Origin: Selaginella moellendorffii
Taxonomy: Eukaryota > Plantae > Lycopodiophyta
Reading direction: 5' to 3'
Assembly (NCBI RefSeq): GCF_000143415.4
Contig: NW_003314352.1
Span: 674,278 to 738,277 of the forward strand
DNA length: 64,000 nucleotides
The notes beneath the pieces were generated by a model, which had not been told where the DNA came from, ran no database searches, and saw only the letters and a program-made list of their open reading frames with translations. Shown piece after piece: positions 1 to 10,971 of this stretch (position 1 is the stretch's first letter; each line of letters starts with the position of its first letter). The translations under genes were made by a program, and so were the position numbers.

Positions 1-182
1 CGAATCCAATACACAGGCAGTCGCAATCCCCGGGACTCGGGACAAAGCAAGCCAACAAGCAGCCAAGAAAACAATGCGGGAATCCCTGCCAAAATCCATG
101 GAGAAAAAACCAAAGCCAATGGCGGAAGCAAGCCTTGTCCAGAAAGAAAAAAAATCCTAGGATGCCGGAGGGAGTTAAGTAC

Positions 183-1531
183 CTTTGTCGCTGCGGTTCC
201 CCCCAATCGTACCAGCCTTCGGGGATGATCACATTGTCCATGCGCGTGTTGATGTAGACGATGCGGGAGTAGGCTCCCCAGGCACGCCCCAGAAACACCT
301 GCCCTTTGGATCCGGTGATGGTACAATCCACAAAGACGAAACCGGAGCTGTCGCTGGGATTCCAGCGGTTGTGAGCAGCCAGCGAGCCATACGACTCCGC
401 AATGCTATGGAGCTCACACTCCTGAAGATAAGAAAAGCTAGCGTCAGTTTCCAGATCGGTCGATCACTACTTTTCGAGTAAACTAGAACTTACCCGAAAG
501 ATGGATTGGGCATGGCCGAAGATCACGTCAATGGATCCCTCAATGTAGCAATCGCGGAAGTAATGCCTGCCTTGATAGTCGAAGAGGGTGTCTTGAGCGC
601 CGTAGAAGCCGCAGGAGTAAAACGCTTGCATGTCTGCTGCTGCCAGCGCGGCCACCGCTTGCCTGTTCTCTGCTCCTGGAGGTGGTGCTGGTGATCCGTT
701 CTGCTCACCACAATGAATCGCAGAGGAGAAAAAAAAAAAAAACCATTTGTCAAACCAAGCACGAACGCAAAGACATAAAAGCCAAGTACTTGCCTTAAAG
801 CTGATTCCTTTGGCGATGAAACTCGGGGCCCAAGCCGTGAATGTAGCACTGTCGGCCGTGCCCGACCGGCTAGCGGCATCGTTCCATTCGATCGTCGTCT
901 TGTCCCTCCCCGCTCCCTGGAAGATTATGAAGGGCTTGTTGTAGGGGATGATCACCTTCTCCCTGCTCGTCAATCAATCCATTCCGGAATCGTTGCTAGG
1001 AATTGCGACAAAGGAGAAATCTTGTTCTTACCTGTAGAGGCCGGCATTGATCTGGACGTAGACCCACTGCTTGTTGTCGAGAGGGATGGAATCCACGGCG
1101 GCTTGAATCGTCTTGAAATTCCCATGGCCGTATTGATCCACGATGAGGTACTTGGAGATGGCCATCTGCTTGAAAGGATTCCGAGCCTTGCGATTCTTGT
1201 GCATCTGCTGGTTCCACACGCCCCTGCCGTGCCTGATCCTCCCGCCGCGCCGCCGCGCCCAGGAATTGAGCAGCCGGACGGCGGAATCCGGCGCCTTGAA
1301 GAAGCTCCTGTGCGCGGGGTGCTCATGCAAGGGAAGAAGCAGGGAGGGAGAGGGAGAAGAAGGAGATTCTTGATGCGCGATGCCGGCGCCGCTGCTGCTG
1401 TTCTTGGAGAGGATGCTCGTCAAGGCGGCGGCGGCGCGCGGATGAATCCGGGGATCTTGTTGCCCGCCGGCGGGGACGAGGAGCAAGATTATGGCGAGAG
1501 CGGCCGCGGCGACGAAAGATTGGACCTGCAT
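183..1531 (-). CDS. Pectin methylesterase (pectinesterase, no PMEI pro-domain), 3'-partial; exons 1531-1032, 962-794, 700-494, 421-183, last exon outside the window
   Basis: Spliced translation gives a signal peptide (MQVQSFVAAAALAIILLLVPAGG), then GHGNFKTIQAAVD, GLYREKV, QAVA, CGFYGAQDTLFD, YIEGSIDVIFG, FLGRAWG and EGWYDW, all pectinesterase motifs. Splice sites keep the frame. Confidence 0.93.
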
Positions 1532-1650
1532 TGTGCGCTTTCTTGCTCCTTCCTGGTTTTCCCGCAAGAAATCCAGCTCTAGAGCGCCATGGCCGCCGGA
1601 TTGAGCGATCTCACAACGACATCGTTGTCTAGTTGCTGGAGCGCGCGCGC

Positions 1651-1690
1651 AAGAAGAGAGAGAGGGGAGAGAGAGAGAGAAGAGGGAGAG
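1651..1690. repeat. Imperfect (GA)n microsatellite upstream of the PME start
   Basis: aagaagagagagaggggagagagagagagaagagggagag. Confidence 0.7.
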
Positions 1691-1830
1691 CTTCTTGCTC
1701 GGCCGGAGAAGAAAGACGACTCTGTTGGCCCTAATTTTTCTTTTGCTGACATCCCGTTATTTTATATGGGGAAGGAGGGGCAAAATGCCGGCTCAGGGCA
1801 TTTTGAGCTTTTTGCCCTAATTTTATATTA

Positions 1831-1947
1831 CCAGCTTGGAAGATTGTATTTGATGGATTGATTCATCCAAGCTCTTTTGGAAGATTGTAATTGATGGATT
1901 GATTGATCCAAGTTCCTCTGGAAGATTGTATTTGATGGATCAAGCTC
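1831..1947. repeat. ~41 bp tandem repeat, about 3 copies
   Basis: tggaagattgtaWttgatggat...caag occurs three times in a row. Confidence 0.7.
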
Positions 1948-3194
1948 CTGGCTTGCGTACCTTCGCTTCTCTATTTTAATGAATAGAAGAGAAAGAAAGC
2001 CCCTTTCGTTTTCTAGAGACTGGGCATATGAACAGTGTGCTGTTAAAAACATAGCATGTTGTGGACATGTTGTGTTGTTGTGGGTGGTGGCGCATCGCAT
2101 CCAAAGTACACGATTGGTTTGGAGATCGATTTCCATGGGTGAGAGTTTTAGTTGGGCATTTAATCGCATCCTTGGGTTTTCAACACCTTCTTTCTAGGTC
2201 TAACCACAAATGCATAAAAGACCTTGCGAGATTTCGAAGCTTCCCCGTCTACCATGATCACGCTCGAAATTGTGGAATATCCACCCAGTCAACTCCTGGT
2301 CAAAACCCGTTAAAAGCTGTTTGACCAAACCAAAACCAAAACCACAAACCTACATCGTTGCATTGAAAGAGTGTAGATGGATAGAGCTCTTGGCATCATG
2401 AGCTCCAAAGATCCTGTCCCAGAGTATGTGTCAGCGCCGGGGCATGTTAGCCCGTCATGTGTTTGCTGCTCGAGCCAATCCATCACACCAACCGGGGAAT
2501 AAGAAATTGTTGGAGCGAGCCCGGCGCGACGATCATCAAACCCTAACTCCAGCGTCCCCATCAACTTCTCTACCCAAACGACAAATCTTTACATGCAGTG
2601 GACGCGCGAGATCACGACCACGAGCCCTACATTCCAATTGCCAAGGTAGCAATATCAAAATCAATCAAGCACTTGCAAAGGTGTTGGGGGGGCTGGTGTC
2701 AATTTTTTCCCCCATCTCCCCCTCCCTTTCCCCGGCAACTAACAGCCTTCCATGTGGAGGGTGGTTTGTTTCTATAACGACCACGCCCCCCCAGAAGGAA
2801 AAAAGAAAAAAAGCCATTCACATTTCAACATCCACCACATGCCAAGACTATTCACACCACCGTAACTCGTGATTAAAATTTTTGTCCCTCTTATACCATA
2901 TACAATGCACGAGATTAAACTTTGGTTATTTTATTCCCACCTTCCGGTCGCTATCAATCATCGCTCCCTCGCCATAGCGTCCCATCCGACGGCCGCCAGC
3001 CACCGCCGCGCAACGGTAATGCCCTCCTTGGATTTGGGATATCCTCCCTGCCGTACGGGGATCCATCACCGTCGTACACGTTCCGTTGCGAAATTGTACA
3101 TTCCGGCGTGGAATCGGCGAGCGGTTGGGATCGCTCCGGATCGTTTGTAATCATCGGCCGTGCGTGGCGTGCCTGCTCCTCGTCTTTGTTTCTT

Positions 3195-5715
3195 TTAGCA
3201 GGGACCGATGCCGAGCTTGCCATACTCGAGCTTGCCTTTGGAGACGCCGATGAGAACTTTGGCCGCGTGTTCTAGCACCGTGTTGTTGATGCTCTTGGCG
3301 ATGCGCCCCGCGGTTCTAAACTCCTCGGCAGCCTCGGATAGCTTCCTCTGCTGCGTGAAAATGTGGCCGAGCATGTAGTGCCCCCGGGCTTCACCTTCGG
3401 TGAAACCGAGCGATTCACAGATTTGCAAGTACCTGGAAGAAACAAACGTTGTTTAAGTTTCGGTGGGACACGCACACCCCACGGAAAAGAAAATGGAAAC
3501 GAGGACCTTTTCGTGCACAATCTCGATGCTCCTAGTTTTCTTCGTCGCAGTAAGAGGTAGGCCAGGTTGCCGACTGCCACGCTTTGATATTCTGGTCTTC
3601 GCATGTATGTCGCACACTTCAAAGCTTTCTGGAAGAAACAGCGGGAAACGTCAAACGAGACAAAAGCGAGGCACTAAACAAAGGAAGTCAACGTACCCTG
3701 TGGCTTCGGGCAGCTTCAATCCAATTTCCAAGCGCTGCATGAAGGATTCCAGCGTTGGTGTAAGCCATATATTTCCCTTCGAGATCTGCCAGATGCGCAT
3801 GCTGTTCGTGGCAAGCGAGTGCCTCCTCATACTGAAACGATATACAACAGCGTGAAGAGCTTTTATACGCTGAATGAATGCAAGCTACTTACTTGCATGA
3901 TGGCCTCCGTAGACAATTTAAGCTCACCCATAGGTCCGACCTTCTCAACTTTCTCAGTCTTTAGTTTCTTGTCTTGGTCTTCTTGCAGAGAACAAGCTAT
4001 GAAGTTGTACCCCATTGCTTCCCCTTTGGAATCGCCAGTATTTTGGCAGAGCTCGCAAAACCTTTTGTAGTTCTCCACAGCTCGAGTGTAATCCTGACCT
4101 TTGCGTAAAATACACATATGTTCCACATCCGCAACTCATAAACCCGAACAATGCATACCTGGCCATTGTCATAAAGAACACCCAGACAGAGGACAGCTGA
4201 GGCTTCCTGTTTCATTTGGCTCGGATCATTCATTCGTCTGATTGATTCCAAGAGCACATTCTTGTCCACAATCTCATCCTTGAATGCACCTATATGGTTC
4301 GCACATCATCGACTTGTTACCATGAGAATAGAAAAAGTACAATCTGATATACCGTGGCCTCCCTTTTCAATCGCAGTTTCCTGCTCCTCGGGACTTATCC
4401 TAGCTGCCGAACTGTACTCCGGAGGAACGCTGATGCGTAAGAAGCTCGATATTGGCTTGCAGAGTTCCAAGTCTGTGTATAAGAAAATAAGAAACAGCTG
4501 CTACTCTCGGGTGTCTACGTACCTGCAAACTGCACACTTTCTTTTGTCTGCCTCAACAAAATCCCAGTCACTTGACGACCCTCGCCATCGAATACTTGCT
4601 CATGCCTGTCTAGGAAGAAACGCACGTCTAGAATTCACTACAGTATTAAGGCTCTCACCAAAGTCGTAGTCCAGTGGCTGTTTTGTTAAGCTTTGCACCG
4701 ATGTTTGACACAGGCGCTCTTAAACCTGGAAGCATCAACGTAGCGCTTGTGAGAAAAATAAAATCTTAGCAGGAGCTGAAATTCACCTTCGGCTCGACCG
4801 GGTGGCTTTGTGACCAGAGCTCTTTTGATCCATCCCGGTGTCGTTCCCCGACTGTCCGGCCTTTCTTTGCTTTGCAAGCTCGCGAGAACGTCCTGAAAGA
4901 ATTATCAACCTCACTCACGCAGTGTTAGAACGCATTCTCGCCTCTTCTTCTTGTTCTTCTTATGCTTCTCGACTTCTCCTACCAGCTAAAACCTATAGAA
5001 GCAAACCACCACTGAAGAACTGATTTTCCTTTGTCTTCTCCTTCTTCCACTTCTTTTACTTCTTTCACGCAAAAGCCTTCCCTTTGACGACCAGCGGATG
5101 ATTCAATAGAGTCTTGCATCCAAGCCTGCTGCTCTCACTCGACATGAAGCACGTCTCACACTGGCAGCACGCACTCTCCCTGGCGATCTGCGGACCCAAA
5201 AATCTCCTGGGCTTCACCACAACACCCGACCCAAGAAGACGCTGCTCTGGTTCTATCATCTCAGGTGACCGGGCCCTTACTCTCCATCGCAGCCTCTTCT
5301 TGGCCACAAATCCCTCCTGCTCCAGCAAGATTTGCTCCTTCTCCGCCGGCGTCAGCTCCTTCTCCACGATCACAACCTCCTCCTCCTTCTCCAGCCTGTA
5401 TTTCTTGCCATCCGCGGTGTGCTTCTCCTTGAGCCGCTCCCTCCACGACGACGGGATCTCAAACCCCGTCGAATCCTTCTCATCGAATGGAAGTACCTCC
5501 TCGATCGGGATCCGGAGATCCGGCCGGAGGGGATTGATGTCAGGCCTCCTCACCGGCTTGAGCGTGAAATCCAGCGGCTTCCTGTAGGCGCGCTTGCTCT
5601 CCTTGTCGTGGAGCTTGTCCTTGAGCCATAGATCCGCCGTGCGCGGATACGTCCCCAGCTGGTGGGCGCCAGAGGCGCCCCTCTTGAGCAGATCGGCTCT
5701 CTCTAGCCACCACAT
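3195..5715 (-). CDS. Multi-exon tetratricopeptide-repeat (TPR) protein; 5' extent uncertain (ORF 5065-5715 may be exon 1 or a separate gene)
   Basis: Exons flanked by GT-AG translate to TPR-like helices: EASAVLCLGVLYDNGQ|DYTRAVENYKRF, GEAMGYNFIA, YEEALACHEQH..GKYMAYTNAGILHAALG, QSVAVGNLA, GEARGHYMLGHIFTQQRKLSEAAEEF. Stop at 3195. Confidence 0.7.
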
Positions 5716-5931
5716 TCTCGCCCGGAGAAAGGATCTGCTCGCCTCCTCGCAAGAACCCTAATCGCGGGGCGCTAAGGCCCGTTGGATGGTGTGGATCCAA
5801 CGGCTTCCGAGCAAGCCCCGCCAAAAGTCACAAGACCTTTTGGCCCTTTAATATCGACCAGATAGAAGATTCGAACCAAGGATCGGTCCGGAGAAAATAA
5901 TATACAAGGAGAGAAGCTACGCAAACACACA

Positions 5932-8500
5932 CTAGCTTTGCTTCACTTCCTCTTCCATCAAATGCCTCGCAATATTTCTCGACGAAGCTGATACTAGATG
6001 GTCCTGAAGAGCACAGGTCGATGATCCTCGCTCCTCCTTGACGTTCAATCTGTTATTCACAGCGGTGCTATCACTCGGAGCATTGGCGCTGCTTCTCTTT
6101 GGATTTGCTCCTCCACCACTGCTACCACTGCCTTTACCATCACCACCACTGGTATCACCACCACTAGCATTGTTGCTCGTCGTTGTCCGGCAGTATGGCA
6201 CGAACCCGGACCTTCTTCTGCCCTTGCTCGCAGAGCTGGAGAGGATAGACGAGAGCAAACTGGTATCCGAGGCCATGCTGGAGATTCCAAAGCTACTGCT
6301 GCTGCTGCTGGTCCTGTTGTTCGTGATCTTGTCGATGTCAAGGTTGCTGTTTTGTTTGCTCCACTCGCTGACAGTCTCCAGATCGCTCGTCTCACTCTCT
6401 GGCAAAGATTTCCTCTCATGCTGCTGCTGCTGCTGCTGGTCTTGTTGGAAACTGTTCCTCTGAGAAAACGTCTGAGGTAGCTTCTGGTGTGAGAAGAGAG
6501 CTTGGAACGCCATTCGGCCCTGGGAAAAAAAGATGGATGTCTTTAAACAGAAAAGGAAACGAAAAGGCTAACCCCTTGAGACACTTCCTTGCGTTGCTCC
6601 CCGTCCGAGCCGCTGCTACGAGCCGGCCTTGGATTTCTCTGGAACCTCCGGAACCGAGAGCAGTGATGACTGCTGGCATGCTGGAAGCTTGGAGCTTTGA
6701 ATGAAGCAGCTTCCTCGGTTAAAGCCTCTTCTCCCTCACTCTTATTCTTGTCGGACGAGGACTCCTCACTCTTCGCCGTGGCTTGAGCGGTGCCGCAGTG
6801 CGACGAGTTGGAGCTCGGGCCGCTGTTTCCAGATGCGTCTCCGTCACCATTCCCTTGTCCACCAGCGTCGCAGTGCCCGTTGCCATCGTCGCTTCCAGAC
6901 GAGGAAGGAGGTTGATCCTCTTTGAGAGATCGCGACTTCACTCGCCTCTTTCCAGCGTCCTTGTTTTCGAAGCTGCTGCTCAGCCTCTTAGAACTCGGTG
7001 AAATGTTCGAGTTGTCGTCATCATCTTGTGGCATTTCATCAATGCCATCCGGCTTCCTGTTTTTCGCTCCTCCGTGACGCTGGTCATGCCTGTCCGTCAT
7101 GTGAACTTCTGGATGAGGAACCATGCACTGAGGAAGGAAAGTCGGCTGTACAGAACCTTGCAATGCCCACCACGCTGAAGCTGCAGCGATCGTTGCAGCA
7201 GCAAAAGCAGCAGGGGAGTTGTCTGTGTTGTAGACGTCAGATGGTGTGCCCGTCAATACAGTTCTTATGACGGATGAAGTTAAGTCGTTGACATTGGGCA
7301 GGGTTGGCCAGTGTGGTGTCCCTGCCGCTGCCGCAGTATAAACTGAAGGTTGCCACAGAGGAAACGTCGGGTTACCTCCTCGGTCCATCCCCAGGTTGCA
7401 GAAGCTATAAGGCGGCGAGACTCTGTCCGAACCTTGCAAGCTCTCCCAAAACTTTGAGTAGTACAGCGCCACCAGCTCCTGTTGTTGATCAGCTACCGTC
7501 GAGGTTCCATCCTTGTTTGATCGGTTGTCACTTTGGCCGTTCGAGCTGTCATTCTCGGAAACCAGCATGCTAATGTCTGAGGCATTCTTTTCCCGTACTT
7601 CTTCAGATTCAGCGCCTGTAGCATCTTCCGGCACTTGCCCGTTCACCATCACTGCTCGAGTAACCGTAGGGACTACAACTGTATGACCGAATAACTTAAG
7701 CTCTTCCTGACATTTTTCCAGTACTTTTTCCATTGCCATAGTGGTAAGGCACTGCACAACCAGAACGATAGTAAAGACCAGCTTCGTAACAAGGAGAACG
7801 GCAAAGAAGATCGTACCTGTTTTCCGTCACAATCTGTTATAGGAAGAGCTCCTGGAGAAACTTCCATGCTTGCCTTACGCGGATACGGATGGCTTGGCTT
7901 TCGCTTCGGCCTAGGTGGAGGAATATCAATATCTTGAGCCGTACCTGGAACGATGCTTCCAGTTGCCTGTTCTTTTTCCAACTGGAAGGGAAACAAAGAA
8001 AAACCCCAAGTTCATTCCAAGTCCTTCAAACTCATTCCTTCAAACGCACCTTCGAGAAGAATTTTTGAGCATGGCTCCTTATCTGGACTGCAGTTTTGGT
8101 GCCAATATGTTCTGGAAAGAAAGAAAACTCAAATCAAAACTCCATGGTAAAGCTCTAGAACCTCACCTTCAATCCGACGCCATGCCCGACCATAGAGTTT
8201 CAAAGCCTCTAGAAACTTTTGATGTTCTTCTTCCGTCCACCTCTCTCGCTGCTTGGTGATCGTGTATGGCTTCCTTACCTGGATCAAAGGAAACTCCTTT
8301 GGTTGCGGACAAAACCAAAGCCCACGCCCACCTTGAAAAGTGAATCATCTCCAACCTCACCGAGCTGGTGCTTCACTGCCGGATCTCCCGGTAGAAAATT
8401 GGTTTCATCTCGCCCATCCTATGGCAGTCCCGAAAATCATTCACAAACAATTCCATGAAAGGCGGACCTGGCTGTACTTCCTCGCAGGTAAATCAGTCAT
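5932..8500 (-). CDS. LHY: CCA1/LHY-type single-MYB circadian clock transcription factor, ~741 aa; exons 8500-8468, 8418-8332, 8278-8167, 8111-8050, 7981-7817, 7751-6573, 6519-5932
   Basis: [113 protein letters not shown] and GFVPY are CCA1/LHY-specific motifs. All introns are GT-AG and preserve the frame. Confidence 0.93.
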
Positions 8501-8523
8501 CACGATTCCGGCCTCTCGACCAT
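8500..8523 (-). promoter_or_regulatory. 7-codon uORF (MVERPES*) whose TGA overlaps the predicted LHY ATG
   Basis: Minus strand reads ATG GTC GAG AGG CCG GAA TCG TGA TG ACT, just after a probable 5'UTR intron acceptor (~8543). Confidence 0.55.
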
Positions 8524-9335
8524 GTGGCAAATCCTCGAAACACTGAAAGAAGAGAGCTAGATCCTCGCATAAACATTGCCCAAAGAGATCATAGATACCG
8601 GATAGAACCAAATTGAGATCAACTACCTCTCCAAGCGAGAAATCTCTGAATCACGATAAATCTCTGGCGCCTTCGCTCGGATCGAGAGGATCACTGGCCC
8701 CAACGCCGCCTGGATCGCTGCCTCATCGTCGCCTACGCCTCCAAACCCTAGAAACCTCCATGACAACACACGCAGCCACTATGGATGATCCATTCTGGCA
8801 AAGGGAAAAATGAAAACAATGCGAGATAAAACTCAAGAGATTTCCTTTTTTTGTTTCTCTCCTTTTTTCCTCTCCGTGTTCTTTTTTCTAGATTGTTTGT
8901 TAAAGGAGTGGCTCGTGGAAGAGAACGCATCTCCTGCGCCCTTGCTACCTACCAAGCAAGAAAGCACCTGGTTTTTCGACCCCCTCGCTCTCGTTTGCTC
9001 TGATGCGTGCTACCTGCCTACACCGCATCTTCGACTCGGTAGACAGGCAGCAGCCGGTCGTCGATGCTCACTAAGAAATCTATACGGTCAGGATATTTTC
9101 CACAGAAAATGCGGTAGTTTCTAACCAGTGGTCTTCTTAAAGAATATTCCTATCCCACTCTATACTGGATAAACGAAATTTTTTATCAATGCTTTATCAC
9201 GACCAGATTTTGCGGGATTTCATTTCTAGGAAAGCCAGCCACACGCTCCAGCCAAGCCCACACAGCCACAAATGTGCGCTACGGCGGCTTTACACTTTTT
9301 CCTCGTGGGGCTCATAGAACGCCACGTCGGTGCGT

Positions 9336-9344
9336 AAAATATCT
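9336..9344 (+). promoter_or_regulatory. Evening element (AAAATATCT)
   Basis: Exact match in the region between the divergent LHY and FTCD-like genes, next to an ACGT-core box (GCCACGTC, 9321) and GATTCG (9361). Confidence 0.6.
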
Positions 9345-9683
9345 GCTCATTGACGGCCCGGATTCGATGGATCCAACGGCTGTTCCAAAGCTTAAATCTT
9401 CTTCTGATTTGTCAGGTAGATTGCCCTGGGAAAGGAAGCTCCAAAAACTTCAGGCTCCCGCAGTGATGATCTCATTGCTGGCAGGGCTGAATTGTGATAA
9501 TTCGGTGCTGCAAGATGATCGTGCCAAATGCCTGCCTAAGTAGCCACAGATTTGTAAATGGCATCGAGCAGAATAACATCATATACAAAGCTCTCATATT
9601 TTTCCTTCTCTTTCATACGATGCCCTGTGTATCCTCGCCTACTTTCCAATCTTGGACTTCCAAAACACTTCCATGATCGGTTC

Positions 9684-9692
9684 AAAATATCT
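9684..9692 (+). promoter_or_regulatory. Evening element (AAAATATCT), second copy
   Basis: Exact match ~120 bp upstream of the FTCD-like start. Confidence 0.55.
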
Positions 9693-9814
9693 ATAGCCCT
9701 GGAAGAACACCGGGAGACACTGATCAATGCAATCAACCCAGCATTTAGAGGACGAAGTTATGGGGTTTGTGTTTAAACAAGATGCCTCCCAGATTTTTTT
9801 GTGCTTTCGGAGAG

Positions 9815-10831
9815 ATGCCAAGCATCCTTTTTCGCAAGAAGCTGGCTATGGCGTGCTGCAAGATGTATGTATCCACCTCTTCCAATAGGCAGGCCATGGA
9901 GAACATAGAACAAGCAATGCGCGGCCACCCTCAAGTTCCACTGCTCCATACTTTCCGCGACGAGCATTACGACAGGGTGGGCTACACTCTCGCCGGCAAG
10001 TGCGGCTCTACAGCAAGCCGTGAAAATTTTGCGGACGCCATAGTCGATATGATACGAGCCGCAATATTGAACATTGATCTCCAAAAGCAGTCTGGAAGCC
10101 ATCCTCGTCTGGGTGTCGTGGACAATCTGTGCTTTCATCCACTGGGAAAGGAGGCTTCTATGGATCAAGCAGCTGAATTGGCTAGATCGTGTGCACGAAG
10201 TATTGGAGCTAAACTTCAAGGTAAGCAAAGCTGGTCTTTAAAGAAAAGAGAAACGAATCTATCTCGTTATCCAAGGCTAGATCGACTGACGCAGTACTTA
10301 TGCTTTGTATGATCTCCAGTTCCAACTTTTCTTTATGGTGCTGCTAGTTATGAAAATGTCCCGCTGGACGCAATTCGCAGATCTCTGGGCTACTTTAAGC
10401 CGGCAAAGCCTGGGATTTGGCAAGGATCATCGAACAACACAAGGTTATCACAGCCTCCACAATTCGGCCCAGCTCATTTTCCTGCCAGCACTGGGATTAT
10501 CACTGCGGGAGCTTGTCCCTGGATCGCCAACTACAACATCCCTCTCCAGACAGGCGATCTCCAAGCCGCTCGGAGAATCGCTCGCAGCGTGTCGCAGAGA
10601 GGCGGCGGCCTGGCTCACGTCCAGGCGATGGCTCTGGCTCACGGCGTGGACTCGATCGAGATTGCGTGCAACTTGCTCGATGTCCACGAGACCAGCCCTT
10701 CGAGTGTGCAGAGCTTCGTGGAGCTCCTGGCTAGAGACGAGCCATCAGTGGAACGAGTCTGCCTTGGCTACTTGACAAATCTCCAAGAGGAGTCCATCTT
10801 GGAGCTCGCAATGGAGAAGATGGAACCTTGA
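9815..10831 (+). CDS. Formiminotransferase N-terminal subdomain protein (plant glutamate formimidoyltransferase-like); intron 10221-10319; start could be 9782
   Basis: CCKMYVS, YDRVGYTL, IDLQKQSGSHPRLGVVDNLCFHPL, LQ|VPTFLYG, VSQRGGGLAHVQAMALAHG, IEIACNLL; ~305 aa. Confidence 0.88.
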
Positions 10832-10971
10832 AAAGGATCTATGAGATTTCATAAATAATTATTTTATAAGAAATAAAGGCCATTTAAAGTTATTTCTAAT
10901 CATTGTTTTTAAATGAATTTATTGAAGAAACCCTAGGGATTTTAGGTAAAGTATAATAGGTTTCGTGGATA

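Noticed and set aside
2954-3223. 89 aa ORF overlapping the TPR gene end
   Set aside because: No motifs; it could be 3' UTR or an alternative C-terminus, which sequence alone cannot decide.
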